In this document: positions 50,699 to 60,920 of the stretch, piece by piece
Numbering within the stretch: the stretch's first letter is position 1
How the letters are laid out: every line of letters starts with the position of its first letter
Assembly (NCBI GenBank): GCA_042408215.1
Contig: JAYFMW010000005.1
Span: forward strand, 64,001-128,000
Origin: Microcoleus sp.
GTDB taxonomy: Bacteria; Cyanobacteriota; Cyanobacteriia; Cyanobacteriales; Microcoleaceae
Reading direction: 5' to 3'
DNA: 64,000 nt
Position numbers and translations under genes: made by a program
The notes under the pieces: model-generated
Seen by the model: only the letters and a program-made list of their open reading frames with translations
Told to the model about the DNA's origin: nothing
Database searches by the model: none

Positions 50699-50833
50699 TA
50701 GTTATTGGTTATTAGTTATTGGTTATTGGTTGGTGTTATTCTGATAATAACAGTTAACAACTAACAACTATAGCCTTTCTCAAGTTTCTGGAGGTACTCT
50801 TGGCTTCGCGTGAGTACCTCATACCTCACTCCC

Positions 50834-51548
50834 TAGAAACTACTATCGTCAGGTGCGTCGCCATCTACTATCTGCAATTTCCATCGAAGAGCTCACAGCG
50901 ACGCACCCTACAGATTAGAAACTACTATCGTCAGGTGCGTCGCCATCTACTATCTGCAATTTCCATCGAAGAGCTCACAGCGACGCACCCTACAGATTAG
51001 CTAATGACTAATGACTAATGACTAATGACTACTGACTAATGACTAGGTGCGTCGCCATCTACTATCTGCAATTTCCATCGAAGAGCTCACAGCGACGCAC
51101 CCTACAGATTAGCTAATGACTAATGACTAATGACTAATGACTACTGACTAATGACTAGGTGCGTCGCCATCTACTATCTGCAATTTCCATCGAAGAGCTC
51201 ACAGCGACGCACCCTACAGATTAGCTAATGACTAATGACTAATGACTAATGACTGCTGACTAATGACTAGGTGCGTCGCCATCTACTATCTGCAATTTCC
51301 ATCGAAGAGCTCACAGCGACGCACCCTACAGATTAGCTAATGACTAATGACTAATGACTAATGACTACTGACTAATGACTAGGTGCGTCGCCATCTACTA
51401 TCTGCAATTTCCATCCAATATCTCACAGCGACGCACCCTACAGATTAGCTAATGACTAATGACTAATGACTCATGACTAATGACTAATGACTCATGACTC
51501 ATGACTAATGACTAATGACTCATGACTAATGACTCATGACTAATGACC
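50834..51548. repeat. Composite tandem array of six REP-like hairpins (82-bp then 112-bp period) joined by STRR heptamers
   Basis: AGGTGCGTCGC...GCGACGCACCCTAC at 50851, 50933, 51045, 51157, 51269 and 51381. Confidence 0.93.
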
Positions 51549-51553
51549 AAACC

Positions 51554-52987
51554 TTAGTCTAATTCATTTTCTAGGAGAGTGGCGATCGCACTTTTAGCAT
51601 TATCCTGAAACTCCCGAACATCCACCCTACCCAACAGCCAAACAGCCAGCACCATACCCACCGCCGGCACCGTAAAAACCAACCCATAGGCCAACATCGG
51701 CACCCCAAACAAACTCCTGCCCAAATCCAAAATAGCACCACCGCTAACCGTTGCTACACCCCGCGCCATCGCTTGCGACAAACCCCAAGCACCAATAAAA
51801 GTCCCCGCAGTTTCCGCAGCAGTCAAATCCAACATCAAACTTAGGGCACCCGTCGTTGTAATTCCCGAAGCTAGCCCAAACAACATTAAAGCCGACTTAA
51901 ACAAAATCGGATTCCCAGTAAATCCCGATAAAATAATTAAACCAAAACAACCAGCCACCGAAAAACAGCCCAACCTAATCGTATTTTGCTTGCCAATACG
52001 TGGTACAATCAAAAAACCAGTGGCGCTCAAACCAAAAAGCACACCAGTACCATAAATAGCATTCAACCGGGTAGTTTCCGAAATCGGCATCTGAAAAATT
52101 TCCCCGCCGTAAGGTTCCAAAACCGCATCCTGCATAAACAAACAAATAGTCATAATCAGCAGGAAAGTAAAAAATAAACCGGTTTGGCGACTAGCAGTCA
52201 AAATCCGCAGAGCACTTCCCAGGGTAATTTTATCTTCACGATTAACTGCGATCGATCGCACCCCATAGCGCGAATACTTTTTCTCAACCCCAAAAGTCCC
52301 AATCCCCACCAACAACAAAACTACAGCCGGCACCTTCACAAACAAAGCATTAATCGAAGCCTGTAAAACTTCCCGTGGTACATCCCCATCAATTTGTTTC
52401 AGCAAACCGCTGCTAACAATCGCGCCTATAATAATACCAACCATCAACATCGACCACACAACACCGATCAACTTCGAGCGATCGTCCTCATCCGAAACAT
52501 CCACCAACAAAGCAGCAAAAGGAGTCGAACTCGAACAAATAGCAATACCATAAAGCCCAAAAATCAAACCCAACAAACCCACCCAACCATAGGTAGGATT
52601 CGTCCACCCCACAGCCTCCAAACTGTCGCCTAAGCGCCACATCACCTGCACCGCCAAAAAAGCCGAAATCACAAATACAACCCCCCCAATCCACACATAA
52701 CCCGTGCGGTGATGGCCAAACAAAGGCTTAGCATCAGACATTTGCCCGAACCACACCCTAGCTGGGGCGACAAACTGGTGCATAGCCAGAGTACCAGCCA
52801 CCACAGTAGCCGGAATTGCCAACTCCTTAATCATCACCCGATTGAGCACCCCCAGGGTCAAAATCGACATCATACCCAACCCCATCTGAAACAAGCCCAG
52901 GCGGAACATAGTCAGCAGGTTAATCCTCCCGATAGCAGCAGTCGCGGAATCTGTTAATCTTGAATCTGGCAAAGGGTCGAGCGACAT
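51554..52987 (-). CDS. BCD/PucC-family MFS transporter
   Basis: RLGLFQMGLG...LNRVMI, LEPYGG and GTFIGAWG. Confidence 0.9.
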   Translation of the reverse strand: MSLDPLPDSRLTDSATAAIGRINLLTMFRLGLFQMGLGMMSILTLGVLNRVMIKELAIPATVVAGTLAMHQFVAPARVWFGQMSDAKPLFGHHRTGYVWIGGVVFVISAFLAVQVMWRLGDSLEAVGWTNPTYGWVGLLGLIFGLYGIAICSSSTPFAALLVDVSDEDDRSKLIGVVWSMLMVGIIIGAIVSSGLLKQIDGDVPREVLQASINALFVKVPAVVLLLVGIGTFGVEKKYSRYGVRSIAVNREDKITLGSALRILTASRQTGLFFTFLLIMTICLFMQDAVLEPYGGEIFQMPISETTRLNAIYGTGVLFGLSATGFLIVPRIGKQNTIRLGCFSVAGCFGLIILSGFTGNPILFKSALMLFGLASGITTTGALSLMLDLTAAETAGTFIGAWGLSQAMARGVATVSGGAILDLGRSLFGVPMLAYGLVFTVPAVGMVLAVWLLGRVDVREFQDNAKSAIATLLENELD

Positions 52988-53108
52988 AGCTATTGAAATA
53001 AACACAACATTTGCATTTATGGTAACTCAGATATCGCAAGTAACCGTCGTTGTTTCCCCAGTCAGCACCTCAAATGCGATTATTCGTATCACAATAAAGA
53101 AAAGAATT

Positions 53109-54068
53109 ATGGATTTAGCAACCGTGACAAATATTACCCTAGGAAAAAACGGCCCAGCCGTCATTCCCCTCTGCGTCGGAACTTGGGCTTGGGGGGATAA
53201 GCTATTTTGGAATTATGGCAGCAACTACGGCCGGGCCGAAGTAGAAGCAGCATTCAAAACATCCCTAGATGCCGGCATCAACTTCTTCGACACAGCCGAA
53301 GTCTACGGTAACGGCTTGTCAGAAGAATTACTAGGGCAGTTTATCAAAAAAACCAGCCAACCCGTGCAAATAGCCACCAAATTCGGCCCCGTACCTTGGC
53401 GCATCACAGGAAAATCAGTTTCCGAAGCCTTAAGTGCCAGCTTAAAACGCTTGCAAGTAGAACAAATAGCCCTCTACCAAGTACATTGGCCATTCAGTTT
53501 TTTGCTGAGTCAAGAAACCCTGATGAACGCCTTAGCAGATGAAGTCAAACAAGGCAGAATTCAAGCAATAGGAGTCAGCAACTACACAGCAGAACAGATG
53601 CGCGAAGCCCACAAAATATTAGCAAGTAGAGGCGTTCCTTTAGCAACAAATCAAGTCCGTTACTCCCTGCTATCGCGACAAGTGGAAAAACAAAAAATAG
53701 TCAGTACCGCCTCGGAATTAGGAGTAACAATTTTAGCTTACAGCCCCTTAGCCCAAGGACTACTCACCGGCAAATATAGCGCCCAAGAACAACCAGCCGG
53801 AGCCCGTAAATTTGACTCCCGCTTCAGCAAAACAGGCATCGAAAAAATCGAATTAGTCATGTCCACTCTGCGGAAAATGGGCAAAAAGCGCGATCGCACC
53901 CCCGCCCAAGTAGCCCTCAACTGGCTAATCGCTCAAAACGGAGTAATCCCCATTCCCGGCGCAAAAACAGCAAAACAAGCCCAAGAAAACGCAGGCGCAT
54001 TAGGTTGGAATCTGAGCCAAGATGAAGTCAACCAACTAGAATTAATGACTCGTCCCTGGCGAGAATAA
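53109..54068 (+). CDS. Aldo/keto reductase
   Basis: GTWAWG, DTAEVYG, GVSN, AYSPL and IPG. Confidence 0.93.
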   Translation: MDLATVTNITLGKNGPAVIPLCVGTWAWGDKLFWNYGSNYGRAEVEAAFKTSLDAGINFFDTAEVYGNGLSEELLGQFIKKTSQPVQIATKFGPVPWRITGKSVSEALSASLKRLQVEQIALYQVHWPFSFLLSQETLMNALADEVKQGRIQAIGVSNYTAEQMREAHKILASRGVPLATNQVRYSLLSRQVEKQKIVSTASELGVTILAYSPLAQGLLTGKYSAQEQPAGARKFDSRFSKTGIEKIELVMSTLRKMGKKRDRTPAQVALNWLIAQNGVIPIPGAKTAKQAQENAGALGWNLSQDEVNQLELMTRPWRE

Positions 54069-54252
54069 ATCTGTTTGTTGTTGACTGTTGACTCTTGACT
54101 GTTCACTGTTGACTGTTCACTGTTCACCGTTCACTGTAGGTTGGGTTTTACTTCAGTCTACCCAACCTACAATTCACTTCCTTCTCCCCTCTTCCCTCTT
54201 CCATCCATCCGTTACATCCGTTACAAAATCCGTTGCCGAACTTCCTTCGATT

Positions 54253-54768
54253 ATGAAAATATTAACTGATTGGGGTTTCACGCGCGAAGGCTGGCGCAAC
54301 AACAGCCACGGCGAATATTTAGTTTTGCTACAAGGAGCATTACTCGCAGTATTTGCAATCTTACCAGTTTATCAACTACCTGGATTTAAAATCGAATCAA
54401 CTCAATTAATTTATCTGAGCTGGATTATAGCAAGTATCCTCAGCTTAAGCGGATTAATTTTCATCATCAAAGGACTCATAGATTTAGGAAAAAACCTCAC
54501 ACCATTACCCTATCCCAGAGAAGATGGAGAATTAGTCCAAACAGGCATTTATGGAATAGTGCGGCATCCCCTGTACAGCGGCTTAATCTTCGCAGCTCTA
54601 GGCTGGACAATCTTTCAAATCAGCTTGTCCCACTTAATAGCCACTGCAATTTTACTCATATTTTTCGACATCAAATCCAACCGCGAAGAAACCTGGTTGA
54701 GTGAAAAATATCCCGACTATTCAGAATACCGCCAGCGAGTAAAAAAGCTCATTCCGGGAATCTATTAA
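54253..54768 (+). CDS. Isoprenylcysteine carboxylmethyltransferase/PEMT-family membrane protein
   Basis: GIYGIVRHPLY and EE..L...YPDY..Y. Confidence 0.85.
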   Translation: MKILTDWGFTREGWRNNSHGEYLVLLQGALLAVFAILPVYQLPGFKIESTQLIYLSWIIASILSLSGLIFIIKGLIDLGKNLTPLPYPREDGELVQTGIYGIVRHPLYSGLIFAALGWTIFQISLSHLIATAILLIFFDIKSNREETWLSEKYPDYSEYRQRVKKLIPGIY

Positions 54769-54936
54769 CATCAGGACTTACGCACGCGGGGCCAAAAACC
54801 CGGTTTCTGTGGCGAGCATCTCTCGGAGAGATCCACGATTTTTCGGAGAAACCGGGTTTTTTTTGCCTTAGTCCTAAACATCTCCACATTCATCCGCGTT
54901 AATCCCCGTTAATCTGCTTAAATCTGCGGTTAAAAA

Positions 54937-56370
54937 ATGAATCCAAAAAACCTACAAATTAAACTGCTAGCATTAACACTAATTTTATGCTTATCACAGC
55001 AATTAATCGCGTGCAGCTTGCTCAAAAAACCCTTTCAACTGCCCGCCTCAGCCAAACAAGAACCCTGGGCCGTTCAAACTGGCCTCCGAGTCAACATCCT
55101 CCGCGACAACATACCAATTGTTAACCGCATAGTTTTAGTCCCCGACGAAGCCACATTCTTAGCAGCAATCCAAAAATGGAACCTCAAAGGACACTGGCCA
55201 ATTCTGCTCGAAGATAATAAATATACGCCCATGTTTCTCAAGCGCTTTCAACCCGCTGAAATAGTCCGTTTACCGAGCATCAAACAGCAACTCCCAAAAG
55301 GTCAAAAACTCCAACAATTGATGCTGAACGCATCAGCAGCGGCCTGGAATGCCACGAATACTCAAACCTTAAAAGCCAAATGGACGGAACTCGGCTGGGA
55401 ACCGCCAGGAGTAGTAATCACATCAGAAAATGACCCTGCAAGGATAGCGGCAGTTGCTTTAGCCGCCGATCGCGGTCAACCCTTAGTATTTTTAGAAGGT
55501 AACTTCGGAAAGCCTAATGATACCCTCAATCAGCAACAGTGGCAAACTCTGCAAACGGCAGTTACAACAGCCGTCGAATCCACCGGATATTTTTATTCCC
55601 AACTCGGCGATGCGATCGACACAATCACCATTGTACGCCAACTAGCCGTAAAATATCAATCTCCTGAAAAGCCGGAGGAACAACTAGCCGTTACTGACGG
55701 TTTGGGACGGCACCCTAACGGCGAACGCTGGGCCGCTGCCGGCTGGATTTACGGTTCCTCAGTGCGATCGATTTATCAAGTCATGTGTTCTATATTTCTC
55801 GACTCTCAAACAGCCATGCTTTATGACAGTTACCCCAAGGAAGGAAGTTGGGAAAAATATGAAATGAACTCAGCATCTAGCGGATTAAAAACACTAGGTT
55901 TTGATGTACAATTAGTTGAAAAACCAGAATCTAGCCTCCAAAAGTGGCGGAATTTAGCATCAAAAGAATGGGAATTTGACTTGATATTGATGAATTCCAA
56001 AGGCTATCAAAAATCCTTCCAAGTTGGCAACGGCGACGCTTTAGTAGAAGACCTCCCAAAACTCAAATTTCCCGCAGCAGTTCACATGATACACAGTTGG
56101 TCTGCCGCAGCACCCGATGACCAAAATACCGTTGCCGGACGGTGGTTAGAAAATGGCGCTTATGCCTATGTTGGGAGTGTCAATGAACCTTTTTTATCTG
56201 CATTTATTCCGCCGAAATTAATGGTCGATCGACTTTTGCGATCGGCTCCATTTTTAATCGCAGCCCGCCAGTTAGAATCGCCTCCCTGGAAAGTTGCAAC
56301 TATTGGCGATCCGCTAATGTCGATCGGCAAACCGAAACCAAGAATTCCACCAACTCAACAACCCATTTAA
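54937..56370 (+). CDS. Hypothetical lipoprotein
   Basis: LIAC lipobox; C-terminal GAYAYVGSVNEP and IGDPL. Confidence 0.7.
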   Translation: MNPKNLQIKLLALTLILCLSQQLIACSLLKKPFQLPASAKQEPWAVQTGLRVNILRDNIPIVNRIVLVPDEATFLAAIQKWNLKGHWPILLEDNKYTPMFLKRFQPAEIVRLPSIKQQLPKGQKLQQLMLNASAAAWNATNTQTLKAKWTELGWEPPGVVITSENDPARIAAVALAADRGQPLVFLEGNFGKPNDTLNQQQWQTLQTAVTTAVESTGYFYSQLGDAIDTITIVRQLAVKYQSPEKPEEQLAVTDGLGRHPNGERWAAAGWIYGSSVRSIYQVMCSIFLDSQTAMLYDSYPKEGSWEKYEMNSASSGLKTLGFDVQLVEKPESSLQKWRNLASKEWEFDLILMNSKGYQKSFQVGNGDALVEDLPKLKFPAAVHMIHSWSAAAPDDQNTVAGRWLENGAYAYVGSVNEPFLSAFIPPKLMVDRLLRSAPFLIAARQLESPPWKVATIGDPLMSIGKPKPRIPPTQQPI

Positions 56371-56705
56371 AAAACTGGGAATTGGGAATTGGGAATCGGT
56401 AATTGGGAATTGGGAATTGGGAATTGGTAGCCGATCGCAAATAACAATAGTCCTGGACGCAAAAAACCCGGTTTCTCCCAAAAATCGTGCAACCGAGAGA
56501 TATTGACACAGGGTTTCGGCGGAGTTTATCCTGAGCGTAGTCGAAGGGCTCAACCACCAGGGTTTTTGGTCCCCGTGCGTAAGTCCTGAACAACTAACAA
56601 ATAACAACTAACAAATAACCAATAATCAATAACCAATAATCAATAACTCACTGAATGCGTAAATATACTCAACCACCATTACCGCGCAATTTCTGTAAGT
56701 TTCAA

Positions 56706-56721
56706 TGTAACTGAGTATACA
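56706..56721. promoter_or_regulatory. NtcA-like box upstream of the ClC gene
   Basis: TGTA-actgagta-TACA matches GTA-N8-TAC. Confidence 0.5.
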
Positions 56722-56902
56722 ATTTCCCACCTAAAATCCGTTGACTCTCAGAATCAGCCATTCCACCCCAGCCACCACCACAAAAAATCCTCTCTAAAAT
56801 CATCCTTAATTAACTTGTCAATTCCCATAAAATCGCTCAAAATTAAAATAAGAAATAAAATGTAATATTTATCTAAATTCTCACAGAAGAATTAATCCCT
56901 AG

Positions 56903-58486
56903 ATGAGAGCCACCCATCCTGTAGACTTGCTGCTGCCGGGCCCAACCGCAAACACTCCCTATGCTTCCCCCCTGAGCCCAGTAATCAACCGCCTGCACCC
57001 CAGTCCAGAAACTCTCCTGCTCATCCTCTCCCTAGTCATCGGGGGAGTTACGGGCGCAGGTGTCGTCACTTTTCACTATTTAATTCACTTGATCCACACC
57101 CTCATGCTCGAAGACTTGATGGGGGTAATTTCCAAAGCAGGCTCTTGGACACTAGCCTGTATTCCCACCCTTGGCGGAGTCGTCATCGGCTTAATGCGCT
57201 GGCGGTTTCGGGATTTTGGCCCCAATATGTCTTCGCTGATTGCAGCCACCCGCGGCCTGCAAGAACTCTCCCCCCTCAAACCCATCACTAAAATGGTGGC
57301 AGCCTCAGTTTCCCTAGGCACCGGCGCTTCCCTCGGCCCGGAAGCGCCCAGCGTCGAAATCGGTGCCAACTTTGGCATGCTGCTGGCTCAAGTTTTGCAA
57401 CTTTCCCCAGAACGGCAGCGTTTGCTGCTGGGGGCGGGAGCCGCCGCCGGTTTATCTGCCGGGTTCAACTCTCCCATCGCTGGAGTATTCTTTGCCTTAG
57501 AAGTCGTGCTCGGCAGCACTTTTGCTACTTCGTCAGTGAGCGTTGTCCTGCTAGCAGCCGTAGTTTCGGCACTCATCGCTCAAATCTGCTTGGGAGCTCA
57601 GCCGGCTTTTGCTTTGCCCGTCTACGATGTGCGTAGTCCCTTAGAATTGCCTTTTTACATGGGATTGGGGCTTTTGGCTAGCCTAGTGTCCCTAGCCTAC
57701 ACTGAGGCAATTCAACTGGCTGAACGCTGTTTTCAAGGGAAAGTCCGAGGATTTGGTTGGCTGGGACGACTGCCGAGGCCGATTCACCCGATAATCGGTG
57801 GTGTCTGCGTCGGCTTAGTAGCTCTGCAATTGCCTCAAATTTTGGGCGTCGGCTACGAAACAGTCCAAGCAATGCTCCAAGATGTCAAATTTTCCTTGCC
57901 TTTGCTGCTGATCCTGCTGTTCGTCAAACTAGGGGTGACAGCAATCAGCCTCGGTAGCGGTTTAGTGGGCGGCATTTTTGCTCCGGCGATGTTTTTGGGT
58001 GCTTCTCTGGGTTCGGCTTATGGCCTCTTTTTGGCAATGGTGCCGGTTTTAAGCGATCGCGTGGCCGGCCCCCCCGCCTATGCAATGGTGGGAATGGCTG
58101 CGGTCCTCGCCGGTAGTGCCAGAGCTCCGCTGACAGCTATTCTGTTGATGTTTGAGTTGACTAGGGATTACCGGATTGTCTTGCCGTTAATGGCCGCAGT
58201 CGGATTGAGCGTTTGGCTGGTGGAGTACGTTAACCATCGATCGGCAGCCCACAGCCTCAACCTTCAGCAAATGGGCGTTGATGTGGCCCTCAATACGCCG
58301 ATTCAGGCAAGAGAAGCTTTGCAGGATTGGGAAGATGTTCTGGGCGATCGCATTGTCACAGAACTGATTTCTTGCCAAATTCCCATCGATCGGGAACACA
58401 CTGGCGACGAGCCTGTGCTGGCGATGGCTAATGCACATTTGCCGGAAAATGTCAAGCCATTACCTGAAACAAAATCAGCAGTTTGA
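56903..58486 (+). CDS. ClC-family chloride channel/transporter
   Basis: GASLGPEAP, FNSPIAG and GGIFAP. Confidence 0.92.
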   Translation: MRATHPVDLLLPGPTANTPYASPLSPVINRLHPSPETLLLILSLVIGGVTGAGVVTFHYLIHLIHTLMLEDLMGVISKAGSWTLACIPTLGGVVIGLMRWRFRDFGPNMSSLIAATRGLQELSPLKPITKMVAASVSLGTGASLGPEAPSVEIGANFGMLLAQVLQLSPERQRLLLGAGAAAGLSAGFNSPIAGVFFALEVVLGSTFATSSVSVVLLAAVVSALIAQICLGAQPAFALPVYDVRSPLELPFYMGLGLLASLVSLAYTEAIQLAERCFQGKVRGFGWLGRLPRPIHPIIGGVCVGLVALQLPQILGVGYETVQAMLQDVKFSLPLLLILLFVKLGVTAISLGSGLVGGIFAPAMFLGASLGSAYGLFLAMVPVLSDRVAGPPAYAMVGMAAVLAGSARAPLTAILLMFELTRDYRIVLPLMAAVGLSVWLVEYVNHRSAAHSLNLQQMGVDVALNTPIQAREALQDWEDVLGDRIVTELISCQIPIDREHTGDEPVLAMANAHLPENVKPLPETKSAV

Positions 58487-58548
58487 CTAAGCTCAAATCC
58501 CGTTGCTTCCTGACAAAACCAATAACCTCAACGCTAAATCTTACAACT

Positions 58549-59436
58549 ATGATATTTATCAACCCTAAAACAGATTACGCCTTCAAAAAAATCTTCGGTT
58601 CCTCAGAAAGCAAAGACATTCTTATTAGCTTTCTCAACGCCTTGATTTATGCAGGCAATTCCACCATTGAAGACTTAGAAATTATCAACCCGAATCTTCC
58701 CCCCAAAGTAGAAGGGTTAAAAGATACTTATCTGGATGTGAAAGCCCAACTCAACGATGGCACTTTAGTAATTATTGAAATGCAGGTACTCAACGTACAG
58801 TCTTTTGGGAAGCGAGTTTTGTACAATGCAGCTAAAACTTATGCTTTTCAATTGCAAGCAGGAGAAGGCTATCGAATGCTGAAGCCTGTGATTGCTTTGA
58901 CAATTACTGATTTTGAGATGTTTCCGTCTAGCGAAAACTTAATTTCGAGATTTGTCTATAAAGAAGTAAATACCAACTTGACTTATCCCGAAAACGAGGT
59001 GGATTTAGTGTTTGTAGAGTTGCCAAAATTCACCAAAGAACAGCATCAGCTAGAAACTTTGACAGAGAAATGGATTTATTTCATGAAATATGCTAGGAGT
59101 CTCACATCAGTACCAGAAGAAATGGACAGCATACCTGAAATTCATAAAGCTTTTGATATTGCGAATCAAGCCAAGTTAAGTCGGGAAGAAGTGGAAGATT
59201 TGGACAGAAGAGAACAGTTTATTTATGACCAGCAGGGAGCGATTCTTAAGGCTTCTCAGGCAGGAATAGAACAAGGGCGAGCAGAAGGGATGCGATCGAA
59301 GGCGATCGCGATCGCCCGACAATTACTTTCACGGCTAGATGATGACACCATTAGCCAAATTACCGGGCTTACCGTTGAGGATGTGCGGAATTTGCGTGAA
59401 GGGAAGCTATCCCGAAGGGAATCGGACGATTCATAG
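58549..59436 (+). CDS. Rpn-family PD-(D/E)XK nuclease (recombination-promoting nuclease/putative transposase)
   Basis: FINPKTDYAFKKIFG, LDV, IIEMQ and VELPKF; C-terminal GIEQG...TGL. Confidence 0.9.
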   Translation: MIFINPKTDYAFKKIFGSSESKDILISFLNALIYAGNSTIEDLEIINPNLPPKVEGLKDTYLDVKAQLNDGTLVIIEMQVLNVQSFGKRVLYNAAKTYAFQLQAGEGYRMLKPVIALTITDFEMFPSSENLISRFVYKEVNTNLTYPENEVDLVFVELPKFTKEQHQLETLTEKWIYFMKYARSLTSVPEEMDSIPEIHKAFDIANQAKLSREEVEDLDRREQFIYDQQGAILKASQAGIEQGRAEGMRSKAIAIARQLLSRLDDDTISQITGLTVEDVRNLREGKLSRRESDDS

Positions 59437-59587
59437 TTTAAATTAATTGGGCACAGGAAGTGGATTTTTGATGTTACTCGTCACCGATCGCCCACTAAAA
59501 CCCCTCGCTCTAGCAGACAGTGGCGCTACCCTCAACTCTGGGCTAAAATGATCGAAAATTATTCACAACCAGCCCAGAGGCTCTGAG

Positions 59588-60067
59588 GTGACTCCTAACG
59601 AGGCAAATGCCAACAGCAAAAGTCAGAAAATACCGGGCCAAACCCCCTTGGGTTCTGGTTACTACGGCTTGTTAGGGCTGCATCCTTCCGCATCGCCGAT
59701 CGAAATTCGGCGATCGTACCGGGAACTGAGCAAAATATACCATCCCGATACCACCGACTTGCCACCCACAGTCGCTACCGCCAAATTTCAGCAGCTTAAC
59801 AACGCCTACGCCACCCTCAGCAACCCAGAACGTCGCCTCGCCTACGACCTCAAAGTAGGCTATTCTCCCATGAACGTGATTCAGCAGCAAAGAGGTTTCA
59901 ACACTCCGGTTTCTCGATCGCGGGCAAAAAATTTCAACTCGGCTTACCTCGATCCCACCGATCGCCCCCTTTCTCCAGGAGAAATATTCGCCCTGTTTAT
60001 CATGGGGGCTACCTTAATCGGATGTTTGATACTGGCGATCGCGATCGGGCTGATTCGTGGTAATTGA
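59588..60067 (+). CDS. J-domain protein with C-terminal TM helix
   Basis: YYGLLG and HPD motif. Confidence 0.9.
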   Translation: MTPNEANANSKSQKIPGQTPLGSGYYGLLGLHPSASPIEIRRSYRELSKIYHPDTTDLPPTVATAKFQQLNNAYATLSNPERRLAYDLKVGYSPMNVIQQQRGFNTPVSRSRAKNFNSAYLDPTDRPLSPGEIFALFIMGATLIGCLILAIAIGLIRGN

Positions 60068-60068
60068 C

Positions 60069-60277
60069 CCCAAAATTGGGATACAAGCCCCGTCCTTTGA
60101 GGACGGCTTTTTGCTAGAATAAATTAAGTCAACGCTTCTCCTTTCGCGAGCGCGCACCGCCTAGGGCATTGGGAGACTCGCAGAGACAGACGCAGAGACA
60201 GAGTAAGACTACTACGCTCGCATCAGTCGATGAAGCGTCAAGAATCACCGCTGCTCCATTCACGGTGAGTATGTCAA
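60069..60277 (+). mobile_element. About 209-bp mini IS200/IS605 element (left end, promoter and omegaRNA-like right end; no ORF)
   Basis: TGAC target; CAAG-CCCCGTCC..GGACGG left hairpin; AGAGTAAGACTAC...GATGAAG..TCAAGAATCACCG..CGGTGAGTATGTCAA resembles 42510-42588. Confidence 0.85.
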
Positions 60278-60315
60278 AACTAAAAGTTCTAAATTAAAAA
60301 TTAACCACAGTCTTC

Positions 60316-60470
60316 CCCATTCCCAATTCCCCATTCCCGATTCCCCATTCCCCATTCCCGATTCCCCATTCCCAATTCCCCATTCCCCATTCCCCATTCC
60401 CCATTCCCCATTCCCCATTCCCCATTCCCCATTCCCCATTCCCCATTCCCCATTCCCCATTCCCCATTCC
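60316..60470. repeat. STRR (CCCCATT)n
   Basis: Visible tandem heptamers. Confidence 0.95.
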
Positions 60471-60472
60471 TT

Positions 60473-60745
60473 ATGACACTTCCCTCCCCTGACACCCCTT
60501 TGTACAACCATCCACTCCCAGAAATCGAGCAGTGGCTGAAAAGCCGCGGCTGCGAGCAAAACCTGCGAGAACTCCACTGCTGGAACATCGATCGACCTAC
60601 ATGGAAAGCAGAACTCTCCCTCGAAATCGATCAACTCACCATCCGCTACATCAACGCCGGAAACGACGGTCAAGACATTCAGCGCTTCTTCAAATACTCC
60701 CTCTCCCGTCAGGACATTGAAGCAGCAGTTTTTTCCGGCCCATGA
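60473..60745 (+). CDS. DUF3143 family protein
   Basis: TPLYNHPLPEIEQWL...FKYSLSRQDIEAAVFSGP. Confidence 0.82.
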   Translation: MTLPSPDTPLYNHPLPEIEQWLKSRGCEQNLRELHCWNIDRPTWKAELSLEIDQLTIRYINAGNDGQDIQRFFKYSLSRQDIEAAVFSGP

Positions 60746-60920
60746 TTGGATTTTAGATTTTAGATTTTGGATTTTAGATTTGCGATTTTAGGTTGGGAAA
60801 TACAGACAAAAAGGTGCATTTATTCTGTACATTCACCTTTCCCATAATTATTGTGGAACAGGCATCTTGCCTGTTCAAAACTGGCTTTTTGGGAGATTAC
60901 TAATCCAAAATCTAAAATCG

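Noticed and set aside
50834..51548. CRISPR array
   Set aside because: The inter-repeat sequences are near-identical STRR heptamers rather than unique spacers, and no cas genes are present.
60260..60673. ORFs with GNGEWGM repeats (also 34720-35034 and 56300-56607)
   Set aside because: Artefacts of heptamer repeats.
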